Source: Planctomycetota bacterium | GTDB lineage: Bacteria; Planctomycetota; B15-G4; SIAN01 | Direction of reading: 5' to 3' | DNA length: 64,000 bases | Assembly (NCBI GenBank): GCA_031409275.1 | Contig: JANNXA010000014.1 | Location: forward strand, 287,411-351,410 | Part shown: piece after piece, positions 10,340 through 19,259 of the stretch | Layout: each line of letters opens with the position of its first letter | Numbering within the stretch: the first letter of the stretch is position 1 | Position numbers and translations under genes: made by a program | The notes under the pieces: generated by a model | The model's database searches: none | What the model was told of the DNA's origin: nothing | Seen by the model: only the letters and a program-made list of their open reading frames with translations

Positions 10340-11416
10340 TCAGAGCGCGACGAGCGAGCCTAGCAGCGCTCCGAACCGATCCGCGGCGATGCGCGACTCG
10401 ATGGTCACCTGCGTCCCGCGATGCAGCAACGACGCCGAACTGATCGAGCCGAAGCGCGACACGAAGGCGACGTCGAAGTAGGAGTTCGACGCGTATCCCG
10501 ACGGCATCGTGTCGAGCGGCGAGTGCTCGATGAAGTCGATGTGCTCGACGCCGTCGCTGTAGACGAAGCGCCACAGCAGCAAGGGCTGCAAGGCACGCGC
10601 CTGGTTGGCCTCCGTCTGGATCGAGACCTCCTGGATCTCGATGAGTTCGAATCCGGCGGGGAGCCCCCCATCCTTCGGGAGCACCAGCGTCAGCCCGAGC
10701 GCGGCCGCATGAAGGCGCGCCGTGTCGAGCGTCGGCAGGTTCTCGCTCGTCACGATCGGCGACTCGTTCGGGACGAGTCCGCTCGGCGGGCCCCACCGCA
10801 GGCTGGTGACCACCATGTGGCTGGTCATCCGCGAGCCGGACGGATCCTTCACGTACTCCTGGTACTCGAGGGGAAAGCCCTCGCGGCCGACGCGAGTGCT
10901 GGCCGTCAGGACATAGAAGGGGCGATCGTCAACGACGGGCTCGATGAGGAAGGTGAGGGAGGGTTCGCCTCGCGCGGTGATCGGCTCACGACCGAGTTCG
11001 ACGATGGTGATCCAGTAGTTCGCCGCCATCCGATCGAGATCGTCCGGCGTCGCATCGCGCTGGAACAAGGCGCGCATGCCACCACCGGTCGCGAGTTGCG
11101 CCGCGAGGCGATCGAACGCTGCAAGCTCGTGCGGATCAGTGATCGCGGCGCGCGCCAGACCGTTGCGTTCGAGCAATTCGATCTGGAAATGGCCCGCGCC
11201 ATCGGACTTCACGCGCTCGAGCCACTCCACCTGCAGACCGGCGTCGTCGGCCGTGAATCGTCGCTCGACGGTGAACGCGTGCGACGAATAGTCGAAGACC
11301 ACCTTGCGGCAGGTCTGCTCGAGGAGGGTCTCATCACAACCAGTCGCCGAAACGAGCAACGCCAGGCCGCACACGGCCGCGAGCAGCGACTTCCAAGCGC
11401 GACAGGCGCCCCGCAT
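10340..11416 (-). CDS. MucB/RseB-like periplasmic lipoprotein (ECF regulatory accessory)
   Basis: Lipobox SATG|C; LPAGFEL..FVYSDG motif typical of the RseB C-terminal domain; TGATG overlap with the anti-sigma stop codon. Confidence 0.65.
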   Translation of the reverse strand: MRGACRAWKSLLAAVCGLALLVSATGCDETLLEQTCRKVVFDYSSHAFTVERRFTADDAGLQVEWLERVKSDGAGHFQIELLERNGLARAAITDPHELAAFDRLAAQLATGGGMRALFQRDATPDDLDRMAANYWITIVELGREPITARGEPSLTFLIEPVVDDRPFYVLTASTRVGREGFPLEYQEYVKDPSGSRMTSHMVVTSLRWGPPSGLVPNESPIVTSENLPTLDTARLHAAALGLTLVLPKDGGLPAGFELIEIQEVSIQTEANQARALQPLLLWRFVYSDGVEHIDFIEHSPLDTMPSGYASNSYFDVAFVSRFGSISSASLLHRGTQVTIESRIAADRFGALLGSLVAL

Positions 11417-12048
11417 CACGGCCCGCCCCGCAGCGGAATCGACGCCCGACCCGGGAGGATCGGCGTCGATAGCGACGGGTCACTTCCACCATGAGGGGCA
11501 GAAGCGACACGCACGATGCGCACCGCCAACGACGGCCGATCGGAGAGCGCCGCCGTCTCAGCAGCGAAGCCGCGGCGCGCCGGCGACGACTGCAGCAGCG
11601 GCCAGAGCGACAGGCCTACGAGTGCGGCAGCGGCGACCGCTGCCGCTCGACGCAGGCGCAAATGCAAACGCACCACCGATGCGATCGGCAGCGCGCCTGG
11701 AACGACGCGATCGAAGGTCAGGCTTGCCGGCGCCGCCAGCACCGGCAGCAAACGAAGCTGTTCGCGCGCCCGTTCCCCGTCACGCTCCAGCTTCGAATCG
11801 AAGCGAGCTTCGTCGACCTGGGCCATGATCGCAGCGAAGTCGAGCGCACCGCCCGCGCGGTTTTCTGGCGATCGGCGCGGGAGCTTCGAGAGGCTTTCGG
11901 CGACTCGACTCCGCGAGGCGAGGAGCGCGGCGCAGTCGGGGCAAGCGGCCACATGCCGGAGCAGTTCCTGCTCAGACTCAGCGGCCCAGCTCGGAAGCAG
12001 CACTTCCGAATACCGCGCACAGCCAGTGGTGTTCTTGACCCCGTCCAT
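11416..12048 (-). CDS. Zinc-binding (zf-HC2/ZAS) membrane anti-sigma factor
   Basis: HVAACPDC matches HxxxCxxC; one TM segment (AAAVAAAALVGLSLW); lies downstream of the ECF sigma factor. Confidence 0.75.
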   Translation of the reverse strand: MDGVKNTTGCARYSEVLLPSWAAESEQELLRHVAACPDCAALLASRSRVAESLSKLPRRSPENRAGGALDFAAIMAQVDEARFDSKLERDGERAREQLRLLPVLAAPASLTFDRVVPGALPIASVVRLHLRLRRAAAVAAAALVGLSLWPLLQSSPARRGFAAETAALSDRPSLAVRIVRVASAPHGGSDPSLSTPILPGRASIPLRGGP

Positions 12049-12054
12049 CGCGAT

Positions 12055-12084
12055 TAAGACTGTTTTCCAGTGCCCCAGGGTTCC
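12055..12084 (-). promoter_or_regulatory. Putative ECF promoter GGAAC-N19-GTCTTA (leaderless anti-sigma transcript)
   Basis: Minus strand GGAAC cctggggcactggaaaaca GTCTTA atcgcg ATG; same spacing as the motif at 12820-12849. Confidence 0.5.
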
Positions 12085-12193
12085 GCAATTCTCTGAGCCG
12101 CCACCGAAGCGCTCAACGGGTCGAGCGGAACCTATCTCCCGACGCAGCGACCGCCGACGCCGCCCGTTCGCTCTTCGTTCCGTCGCCGCGGGC

Positions 12194-12799
12194 TCATGCG
12201 AGACCGCCGCCAGGGGTCCGGAACGCTCCACTCTCGAGGAGCTCCTGCAGTTGCTGATGCGCACGATTGAGGCGCGACTTGACCGTGCCGAGCGAGATGC
12301 CGAGCACGGCGGCGATCTCTTCGTACGCCATGTCCTCCATGTACCGCAGCACGATCGCCGCGCGCAACGGCTCGCTCAATCGACGCAAGGCTCGCTCGAC
12401 CTGCTGGGTGCGCTCCTCTCCTTCGGCCACCAAATCGGAGGGATCGGGCAACGGGTCGGCGATCCGAACCAGCAAGCTCTCGCCGGCATCGCCACTCGTC
12501 GTCGGCAACAGCGTCGTGTTCGACTTGCGGCGATGATCGACGCACAGGTTGAAGACCACGCGGTAGAGCCAGGTGTAGAAACGCGACGCGAATTGGAACT
12601 CGCCGAGCTTGCGAAAGACCGTCACGAACGCTTCCTGGCTGACATCCTCGGCGTCCGCCGGATTGCCGAGCAGTCGCGACGCCAGGTTGAAAACACGATC
12701 GCGGTAGAGGTCGAACAGCGTTCGGAATGCCGTATCACGAGCCGCTCCCGACTCGCGTTGACAACGGCGGATCAGTTCAAAATCTGGATCTTCGCTCAT
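12194..12799 (-). CDS. ECF sigma-70 factor (RpoE-like)
   Basis: DAEDVSQEAF, FYTWLYRVVFNLCVD (region 2); YEEIAAVLGISLGTVKSRLNRA (region 4.2). Confidence 0.95.
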   Translation of the reverse strand: MSEDPDFELIRRCQRESGAARDTAFRTLFDLYRDRVFNLASRLLGNPADAEDVSQEAFVTVFRKLGEFQFASRFYTWLYRVVFNLCVDHRRKSNTTLLPTTSGDAGESLLVRIADPLPDPSDLVAEGEERTQQVERALRRLSEPLRAAIVLRYMEDMAYEEIAAVLGISLGTVKSRLNRAHQQLQELLESGAFRTPGGGLA

Positions 12800-12819
12800 G
12801 CTCTCGTTGCAGTCGGCGA

Positions 12820-12849
12820 TTGGACGGCTCATTCGCCGCGCGATGTTCC
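12820..12849 (-). promoter_or_regulatory. Putative autoregulatory ECF promoter GGAAC-N19-GTCCAA
   Basis: Minus strand GGAAC atcgcgcggcgaatgagcc GTCCAA, ending 20 nt upstream of the sigma ATG. Confidence 0.5.
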
Positions 12850-12988
12850 AGCGATCTGGAGTGCGTCGGCGCGGCGCATTCTTCCAGCCGACCGACGCCG
12901 CGACGCATCTTTTCGAGCACGCCCGCGAGTTCGCGACGCTCGATCGCAGCGTGGGGATGGCGGCGGGAGTCCCCTGCCGCCGCGCGGC

Positions 12989-13966
12989 TCACTGATTGGC
13001 CTTCGACTGCAGGTAGCCGTAGTCGAGCATCAGGAACGTCTGGCTGTCGAGCGCGGTGCAATCCGCATCGATGCAGTACAGGAGCCCGTCCGGCTCGCAG
13101 TCCGCCGAGTTGACCACGAACTCGAGAGTCGCGACTCCGACGGGAGCGCCTTCGCTGAACGCGACGCTGCAGTATTCCGGCGTTTCGTCATCCGGCGGCG
13201 GGATCGGCTGCAGCGGTTGCACCGCGAACGACAGCAGCCCCGACGGCAGCGCCGGGCCACCGGCGACGACGAAGGAGGTCGCGCCCTGCGACGAGAGGAA
13301 CAGCTGGTCGATCGCCTCGATGCCTGCGAGCTTCGTCGCAAAACCGAGGCAGATCGGAGCGGCCGTCCGCATCACGGAGAGGTCGACGTCGAAGTGAAAC
13401 GAAACGAGGTCGAGGCCGAGGAAGTCGCTTGCGCAGAAGCCGGTGGCGATCGTGGGGATGAGGGAGGTGAGGTCGATGACGCCAAGGCCGCTGCCCGGAT
13501 CACCCTCCACCGCCGCGACGAAGTTCGGGCTGCCGGCAACGACGTGGAACGAGTCGATCAGGTCGACGTTCGCCGGATAGAAGGCGGTGTAGACGCGCAA
13601 CACGCCCGCCGACTCGTAGGCGTAGGAGCGCACCGCGGGCGCAACCTCGGGGGTCGACGCCGGATCGACGGGATCCGATCGAAGCACCCACTCCGCTCCA
13701 TCGCTGTAGCCGTCGTCGTCGCAGTCGAAGTCGAACGAATCGGTCTTCGAAAAGCGCTCGAACTCATCGGAAAGACCGTCGGCGTCGGTGTCGTGACCCT
13801 CGGGGTAGTCCGCGCGCGCAAGCGACGGCCCGAACGTTCCGCCAGACGGAACGACTTCGCAGCGTCGGAGGTCAAGCGAAGAACCGACGTAGGCCAACGC
13901 CACGCCAATCACGACTCCACTGGCGCGCCGCCAGCTTCGCGATCGCTCACATCGAGACGGTTCCAT
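12989..13966 (-). CDS. Secreted hypothetical protein with thrombospondin type-3-like Ca-binding repeats
   Basis: GAGGTG RBS; hydrophobic N-terminus; DTDADGLSDEFE..TD...DCDDDGYSDGAE..SDPVDPASTP. Confidence 0.7.
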   Translation of the reverse strand: MEPSRCERSRSWRRASGVVIGVALAYVGSSLDLRRCEVVPSGGTFGPSLARADYPEGHDTDADGLSDEFERFSKTDSFDFDCDDDGYSDGAEWVLRSDPVDPASTPEVAPAVRSYAYESAGVLRVYTAFYPANVDLIDSFHVVAGSPNFVAAVEGDPGSGLGVIDLTSLIPTIATGFCASDFLGLDLVSFHFDVDLSVMRTAAPICLGFATKLAGIEAIDQLFLSSQGATSFVVAGGPALPSGLLSFAVQPLQPIPPPDDETPEYCSVAFSEGAPVGVATLEFVVNSADCEPDGLLYCIDADCTALDSQTFLMLDYGYLQSKANQ

Positions 13967-14111
13967 GGCGCACCTCAAGTCGCGTCGGGGGGATCACGTC
14001 GACCGTTCCGAGGTCGTACGCGCGTCCGCATGGTAAGCCGTGCCACCGCTCTCGCAAGGAGTGGCAAGTCGAACCAGCGCGGGATCGAACGAACGATCAG
14101 CCTTGGCATGG

Positions 14112-15842
14112 TTAGCGCCGCATGATCTGAGCATCCAGTCGGTTGAGCACGCTCTTCTGGAATTCAGGGTCGACATCCAGGCTGAGTTCGAGCGCCAGTG
14201 GGAAGGCTCGCCGAAGCAGGTAGAGCGCCGCCTCCCGTGCCTCCCGGGCCGCTCCGGTGTCGACCGCGAGCTTGCGCACCTCCCAGAGGACCGAGCGGTC
14301 CACCTCGTCGAGCAAGGCCTCGACGATGAGCGGGTGGATCGGCGGGCGCCGCAACTTGGAAAGCAGCCATGCGGTGTCGCCCGCAGCGACTTTGGCGCGA
14401 AGAATTTCCTCGCGTGGTCCGTCGCGAACGCGCGACAAGAGCACCTTCAGCTCATTCGCATGGTGCGGCCCAAGCACTAGCCAGAGAAACCGCTCGCCAA
14501 GTTCCGCCTCGCTGCCCAGATCAAGGTAGTCGCCACGGCCAAGCTTCGCGATCTGCGCCAACGCGGCAGCACCGTCCTCTTCGGGCCGGGGCGCCACGGC
14601 GCGCTCGGGACCGGTGTAGATCGCTGAAACGATCGCTCCTGGAATCGACTTGGGATCGCCCCGCACGAACCCGGAGATCAACGAACGAATGCGTCCCTCG
14701 TCGCCGGCGTGCGGCGGTGCATCACCGATGACCACGACGACGCGATGGGTGCCCGCGCGCCAACCACCGCGTTGAATCGCCTCGGCAAGGCCAGCCGCCA
14801 CCGCTTCCGGCACATCGCCGCCACCTTCAGCGCGCAGTGTCCAGAGGAAGTTGAGGATCGCGTAGCGGTCGGACGAGAGCGGAAGCGACTTGGTGGTGAA
14901 CTCGTCGTCGCCGTCGCGATAGGCCACGACGCCAAGCCGCAAGTTGCCGACCAGCGTCGCGAGCGTGGAGACCATCGAATCGACCGCGGTGCGCGCTTGC
15001 GCGAGGAACGGCTGCATGCTGCTCGTCGCGTCGATCACGAAGATGAGATCGACGCCGCATCCACGCAGTGCCTGCAGCCTCGACAAGATCGCCGTGCCGA
15101 CGCCGGACTGACCTTCAAGCGAGAGTCGACCGACTCCTGCGAGGCCATCTCCGCCGCCGATCGCGCCAATGCCGAGGTCGAGCGCACCGACACGCAGCAT
15201 CGAATCGTCGGCGCGCCCCGGCTCGACGACCGCCTGCGGATCGGGATCGGGCGTCGGCAGATCGGTCAGCGGTTCGACGTCAGGCTCCGCCTCCTGCAAG
15301 AGTTCCGGCTGCGTCGGCAGCTGCATTTCCTGCGCGCGGAACGACTCGTCTGGCTCGACCAGCGCGTCGCTTTGCAACGCCAGCGGCACCGGCGGCGGCG
15401 GTTCGGCGACGACGAAGTGCTGCAGGATCCAGAGCACCAGTCCGTGCAAGGTCGCCGAGAGCGCGAAGCCGATGCTGCGATCGAAAGTTCGAGCCAGTCG
15501 CCGCCGCCAATGGCCGGAGCGTGGTTCGCTGAGCATCGCGCACGGCGCCAACAGGAACCGCAACGCGCCAAGTTCGATGACGCCGTGCGCCGGCACGAGC
15601 CGCTCGACTTCCTGCACGACTTCACCGCTGACTCGTACCGCCGCACCCGGAAGCGCCCGAATCCACACGCCCCAATCGTCGCAGCGCACACTGGCGTGGA
15701 ACGGCTCGATCGACGCGTGAGAAAGCTGCGCGCGGTTCTGAGCGGCATGCCCGATCGATGCGACGATCCCGGGACGCAGACGCAGCAGCTCCGCGCCCCC
15801 GCCTTCGAGGCTCAGTGCGAACTCAACCGGCTTGGGGATCAC
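14112..15842 (-). CDS. FHA-like + TM + von Willebrand factor A domain protein
   Basis: MIDAS DLIFVIDATSSM, GVVAYRD, AEGGGDVPEAV, VIGDAPPH; N-terminal FHA-like beta domain; SATLH TM segment. Start uncertain. Confidence 0.75.
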   Translation of the reverse strand: MIPKPVEFALSLEGGGAELLRLRPGIVASIGHAAQNRAQLSHASIEPFHASVRCDDWGVWIRALPGAAVRVSGEVVQEVERLVPAHGVIELGALRFLLAPCAMLSEPRSGHWRRRLARTFDRSIGFALSATLHGLVLWILQHFVVAEPPPPVPLALQSDALVEPDESFRAQEMQLPTQPELLQEAEPDVEPLTDLPTPDPDPQAVVEPGRADDSMLRVGALDLGIGAIGGGDGLAGVGRLSLEGQSGVGTAILSRLQALRGCGVDLIFVIDATSSMQPFLAQARTAVDSMVSTLATLVGNLRLGVVAYRDGDDEFTTKSLPLSSDRYAILNFLWTLRAEGGGDVPEAVAAGLAEAIQRGGWRAGTHRVVVVIGDAPPHAGDEGRIRSLISGFVRGDPKSIPGAIVSAIYTGPERAVAPRPEEDGAAALAQIAKLGRGDYLDLGSEAELGERFLWLVLGPHHANELKVLLSRVRDGPREEILRAKVAAGDTAWLLSKLRRPPIHPLIVEALLDEVDRSVLWEVRKLAVDTGAAREAREAALYLLRRAFPLALELSLDVDPEFQKSVLNRLDAQIMRR

Positions 15843-15952
15843 TTCAGGTGCCGCTCCGAGCAGCCACTGCTCCTATCGCTGCAACCCGAGCGCGGACACA
15901 AGGTCGCGGCGCCATCCCCGGTCGAACGCCGCCACGATCGCCGCCACCACCG

Positions 15953-16837
15953 TCAGGCGCCCGCGTGCGCGCTGCGTCCACGCAACGCGTCGAGCGCCTG
16001 GCGGAGCGCCACCCGGGTCGACTCCTCCGCCGCCATCAGCGGCAGGCGAACCTCGCCATTCCCGATCCCTTCGAGCGCGAGCGCGGCCTTGACTGGCACC
16101 GGGTTGCTCTCGATGAACAGCGCGCGGAACAGCGGCAGCAGTCGGTAGTGGCGCTTGCGAGCGGCGGCGAAGTCGCCGCGTGCCGCTTCCTGCACCAGCG
16201 CAGCGATCTCCTCCGGCACGACGTTGCCGGCGACCGACACGATCCCCTTCGCGCCGAGCGCCATCCACGGCAACGTCAGCGCGTCGTCGCCGGCGAGGAT
16301 CGTGATGGGCGAAAGCTCCGCGACGTCCATGCAATCGCTCGGCGAGCCCGTCGCGTCCTTCAGCGCTGCGATCCGCGGATGGCGCGCGAGTTCGACGATC
16401 AACGACGGCGGGATGCGAGTGCCGGTGCGACCGGGGATGTTGTAGACGATCAACGGCACTGGCGAGGCGTCGGCGACCGCCAGGAAATGCGCCTTCAGTC
16501 CGCGCGGCGTCGGCTTGTTGTAATAGGGCGTGACGATCATCGCCGCCCGACACCCCGCCGCGGCGGCCGCCTTCGTGCGACGAATCGTCTCAGCGGTGTC
16601 GTAGGTGCCGGTGCCGGCGATGACCGGCAAGCGACCCGCGGATGCCGCGACGACGAGCTCGATCACTTCGGCATGCTCGGCCTCGGAAAGCGTCGGCGCT
16701 TCGCCGGTCGTTCCGCACGCGACCAACGCGGATGTACCGCCGGAGACCTGCTTCTCCACAAGGGCGCGCAGCGCGGCAGCGTCGATGCGACCGTTGCGGA
16801 ATGGCGTGATCAGGGCGACGATCGACCCCTCGAACAT
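15953..16837 (-). CDS. dapA: 4-hydroxy-tetrahydrodipicolinate synthase
   Basis: ALITPF, GTTGE, VTPYYNKP, YNIPGRTG, ALKDATG, NPVPVKAAL. Confidence 0.97.
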   Translation of the reverse strand: MFEGSIVALITPFRNGRIDAAALRALVEKQVSGGTSALVACGTTGEAPTLSEAEHAEVIELVVAASAGRLPVIAGTGTYDTAETIRRTKAAAAAGCRAAMIVTPYYNKPTPRGLKAHFLAVADASPVPLIVYNIPGRTGTRIPPSLIVELARHPRIAALKDATGSPSDCMDVAELSPITILAGDDALTLPWMALGAKGIVSVAGNVVPEEIAALVQEAARGDFAAARKRHYRLLPLFRALFIESNPVPVKAALALEGIGNGEVRLPLMAAEESTRVALRQALDALRGRSAHAGA

Positions 16838-16883
16838 CGAAACGCTCCTCGTTGGTTGGACGACAAGGCGGCAGTTCTATCCC

Positions 16884-17489
16884 ATGAAACGTCCCGATCC
16901 TGAACGCTCGCCGCGCATCCTTGGCGGTCGCTTCCGCGGCCGCGCGCTCTTCGTCGCCGAAGGGCTCGTCACGCGCCCCGCTCGCGCGCTGGTGCGCCGC
17001 TCGTTGTTCGACTCGCTGCAGACCGCCGTCGAGGGCTCGCGCTGGCTCGACCTGTTCGCTGGCTCGGGTGCGTTCGGCATCGAGGCGCTTTCACGCGGCG
17101 CGCTCCACGCCACCTTCGTCGAAGCCGGCCGTGAGGGGATCCGCTGCCTGCGCGACAACCTCGCCCGCCTCGAGCTCGCCCCTCCTGAGGCCGATCTCCT
17201 CACGGACCGCCTGCCGGGGCTGCTCCAGCGGCCGCCGCCAGCCGGAGCCCCGTTCGACTTCATTTCGCTCGACCCGCCCTTCGCCATGGTCCGCAGCAGC
17301 GACACTCGCGCCGAGCTGATGGCCGCCCTGGCAGCCGCGGGGCCGCTCGGTTGGTGGCAGCCGGGGGCGCTGCTGCTGTTCGAGGAGCCGGGCGACGCTC
17401 CGGCCCCGATTCCCGCGGGATTCGAGCAGGAAGAGCGGCGCGAGCACGGCGCGACATCGCGGCTGCGGCGCCTCCGCTACCGAGGCTGA
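16884..17489 (+). CDS. rsmD: 16S rRNA m2G966 methyltransferase RsmD family
   Basis: RILGGRFRGR, TRP, LDLFAGSGAFGIEALSRGA, LDPPF. Confidence 0.9.
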   Translation: MKRPDPERSPRILGGRFRGRALFVAEGLVTRPARALVRRSLFDSLQTAVEGSRWLDLFAGSGAFGIEALSRGALHATFVEAGREGIRCLRDNLARLELAPPEADLLTDRLPGLLQRPPPAGAPFDFISLDPPFAMVRSSDTRAELMAALAAAGPLGWWQPGALLLFEEPGDAPAPIPAGFEQEERREHGATSRLRRLRYRG

Positions 17490-17599
17490 GTTCCGGCAAA
17501 CGAGCCTCGCCTCAAGCCCTCCCCCTTCGCCTGCCGATCAACCATGGCGAGCTTCGAGAAGGAGGCCCACACCATGCTTTGCAACCTGGATACGAACCC

Positions 17600-17785
17600 A
17601 TGGACCTCCGACCCGCGGCCGAATCCGGCCTGAGCGATTTCCTGTTCCAGCTTCCGAACGGACCGTTGACGCACCAAGAACGCGTTCGGCAGCTCGAAGA
17701 GGCGATCGCCCACGGACAGATCAAAGAAGCCGACTTGGACCGCGTGATGACACGGCTGCTGGAAGAACTTCAGCGCACGTCTTGA
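17600..17785 (+). CDS. Small protein (61 aa) resembling the FlgM C-terminus
   Basis: Good codon bias; ERVRQLEEAIAHGQIKEADLDRVMTRLLEEL resembles the FlgM sigma28-binding helices. Start uncertain. Confidence 0.45.
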   Translation: MDLRPAAESGLSDFLFQLPNGPLTHQERVRQLEEAIAHGQIKEADLDRVMTRLLEELQRTS

Positions 17786-17807
17786 CGCGAAAGAAGGAGA
17801 GAGCGCC

Positions 17808-19121
17808 TTGAAGAAGCGGAGCTGCACGCGGTTCCTGGCAGCTTGCGCCCTGGCGTCGTTCGCCGGGTTTGCGCGCGCCGAGGAACAGGCCGAGACCAAG
17901 CGGATCGCGATGACGCTCGACGAGGTGCGCGCGTTCCCCGAGGCCTACTGCCGAGTCCCGTTCGAGATCGACCTGCTCTATCACGGGCCTCGCAGCCTCT
18001 ACAACCCGTTCTTCACGGTGTTCGAGCCGTCGAGCTTCGCCAACTTCGCGGCGTGGCCGGCCGAATCGCCGATCTTCGAGCGCCAGCACTACCTCGAGGA
18101 TCACCCGCTCTTCTATTACGAGCGCAAGGACGCCGCGCTCCAGCGCACGATCTTCGCGCTGAAGCCCTACACGTGGTTCAGCGCCCGCTGCATCGTGCGC
18201 AGCATCGCGCAAGGCCGCGCCTGGATCGAAGTGCTCGCGATCACCTCGGTGGGCGCGCAGCTCGACAACACCGATCTGCGCCACCTGGTGAGGGCGAATT
18301 CGCTCGCCGACGCCGGCGAATTCGATCGAGCGCTGCTCGAGATCGAAATGGCGCGGCTCTTCTCGGCGCCGACGCGCTTCGTGGCGCAGGCGCGCCGTGA
18401 GGAAGGTCGCGTCGCGCTGGCCGCCAATCAACCCGAACGCGCGCTGCTGGCTCTCCAGCAGGCGTGGCAGTCGCTGCCTGAGGACAAGCTCGTCGCGGCG
18501 CTGCTCGACCGCGCTTCGGCGCAGGTCGCGCTGCTGCGTCAATCGCAGGTCGCCACGCTTCCGGGCGCCGCGCCGGTGACGGCGCCGGCGGTCGAGACGC
18601 GGACGAAACCGAAACCGCAGGCTCCGGTGACGCCGGTCGCCCCGGAAGTCGCTCCCGAAACCGAACCGACCCCGCCCGCCACCAAGCCTCAGGACGAGGA
18701 CGGCGAGCAGCCAAGCGGCGAGACCCCGGTGCTCCCCGTCGTCGAACCCGTCGTCGAACCCGCCGTCGATCCCGCCGACGCGAGCAAGACTCCGGTGACG
18801 GCACCTGACGACACCACGCCGCCGGTCGTCGAGCCGACCGATCCCGCCGATGGCACCACTCCTGGCGCAAACGACGTGACTTCCACTGAAGCAGACGCGA
18901 CCGAAAGCGATGCGACCGAGGAGGGCGCGAGCGGATCGCCCGTCGATGAGGCGACCGAAGAGGCCACCGACGAGGCGACGGAAGAGGCCACCGACGAGGC
19001 GACCGACGAAAGCACCGATGACGGTGTCGACGATCTGCCCAGCGATCCGCCAGTCGATGGCGAGACGCCGCCGCCGACGCCTGCCGACGAAACGGGTGAA
19101 GCCGGCGACGACAGCGCCTGA
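17808..19121 (+). CDS. Secreted hypothetical protein with a TPR-like region and an acidic Pro/Thr-rich tail
   Basis: GAAGGAG RBS, TTG start, signal peptide ending ARA|; low-complexity C-terminus. Confidence 0.75.
   Translation: MKKRSCTRFLAACALASFAGFARAEEQAETKRIAMTLDEVRAFPEAYCRVPFEIDLLYHGPRSLYNPFFTVFEPSSFANFAAWPAESPIFERQHYLEDHPLFYYERKDAALQRTIFALKPYTWFSARCIVRSIAQGRAWIEVLAITSVGAQLDNTDLRHLVRANSLADAGEFDRALLEIEMARLFSAPTRFVAQARREEGRVALAANQPERALLALQQAWQSLPEDKLVAALLDRASAQVALLRQSQVATLPGAAPVTAPAVETRTKPKPQAPVTPVAPEVAPETEPTPPATKPQDEDGEQPSGETPVLPVVEPVVEPAVDPADASKTPVTAPDDTTPPVVEPTDPADGTTPGANDVTSTEADATESDATEEGASGSPVDEATEEATDEATEEATDEATDESTDDGVDDLPSDPPVDGETPPPTPADETGEAGDDSA
18948..19019 (+). repeat. Six imperfect 12-bp coding tandem repeats (EAT[E/D])
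   Basis: GAGGCSACSGAM units; the last unit is degenerate (ESTD). Confidence 0.8.
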
Positions 19122-19148
19122 TCGAAGCGACGAAGATTCGAATGCAAT

Positions 19149-19182
19149 GCGGCCGGGAGGCGACTCCCGGCCGCGCTCGTTT
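19149..19182 (+). terminator. GC hairpin, probable intrinsic terminator
   Basis: GCGGCCGGGAG-GCGA-CTCCCGGCCGC, an 11-bp perfect stem 28 nt after the stop, with a weak T tail. Confidence 0.55.
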
Positions 19183-19259
19183 GGCGCGGTCGTTTCCACG
19201 ACGCGGGCGCGCGCAGCAGCAGCGAGCCGCGGCGCGATCTGGCATATTGCCCCGCCCTC

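Noticed and set aside
12800..12991. The TGA of gene 12989..13966 is in frame with the sigma gene and is followed by a GC hairpin (possible second read-through)
   Set aside because: The intervening codons look non-coding and contain the ECF promoter motif, and fusing a secreted protein to a sigma factor is implausible. It shows that a hairpin alone is weak evidence.
14025..14066. TGGCACG on the minus strand and a TGCCAC-N14-GTGGCA dyad
   Set aside because: No GC at -12 for sigma54, and a 6-bp dyad is not significant at this GC content
18948..19019. Tandem repeats as a possible CRISPR array
   Set aside because: Short in-frame coding repeats without spacers, and no cas genes in the window
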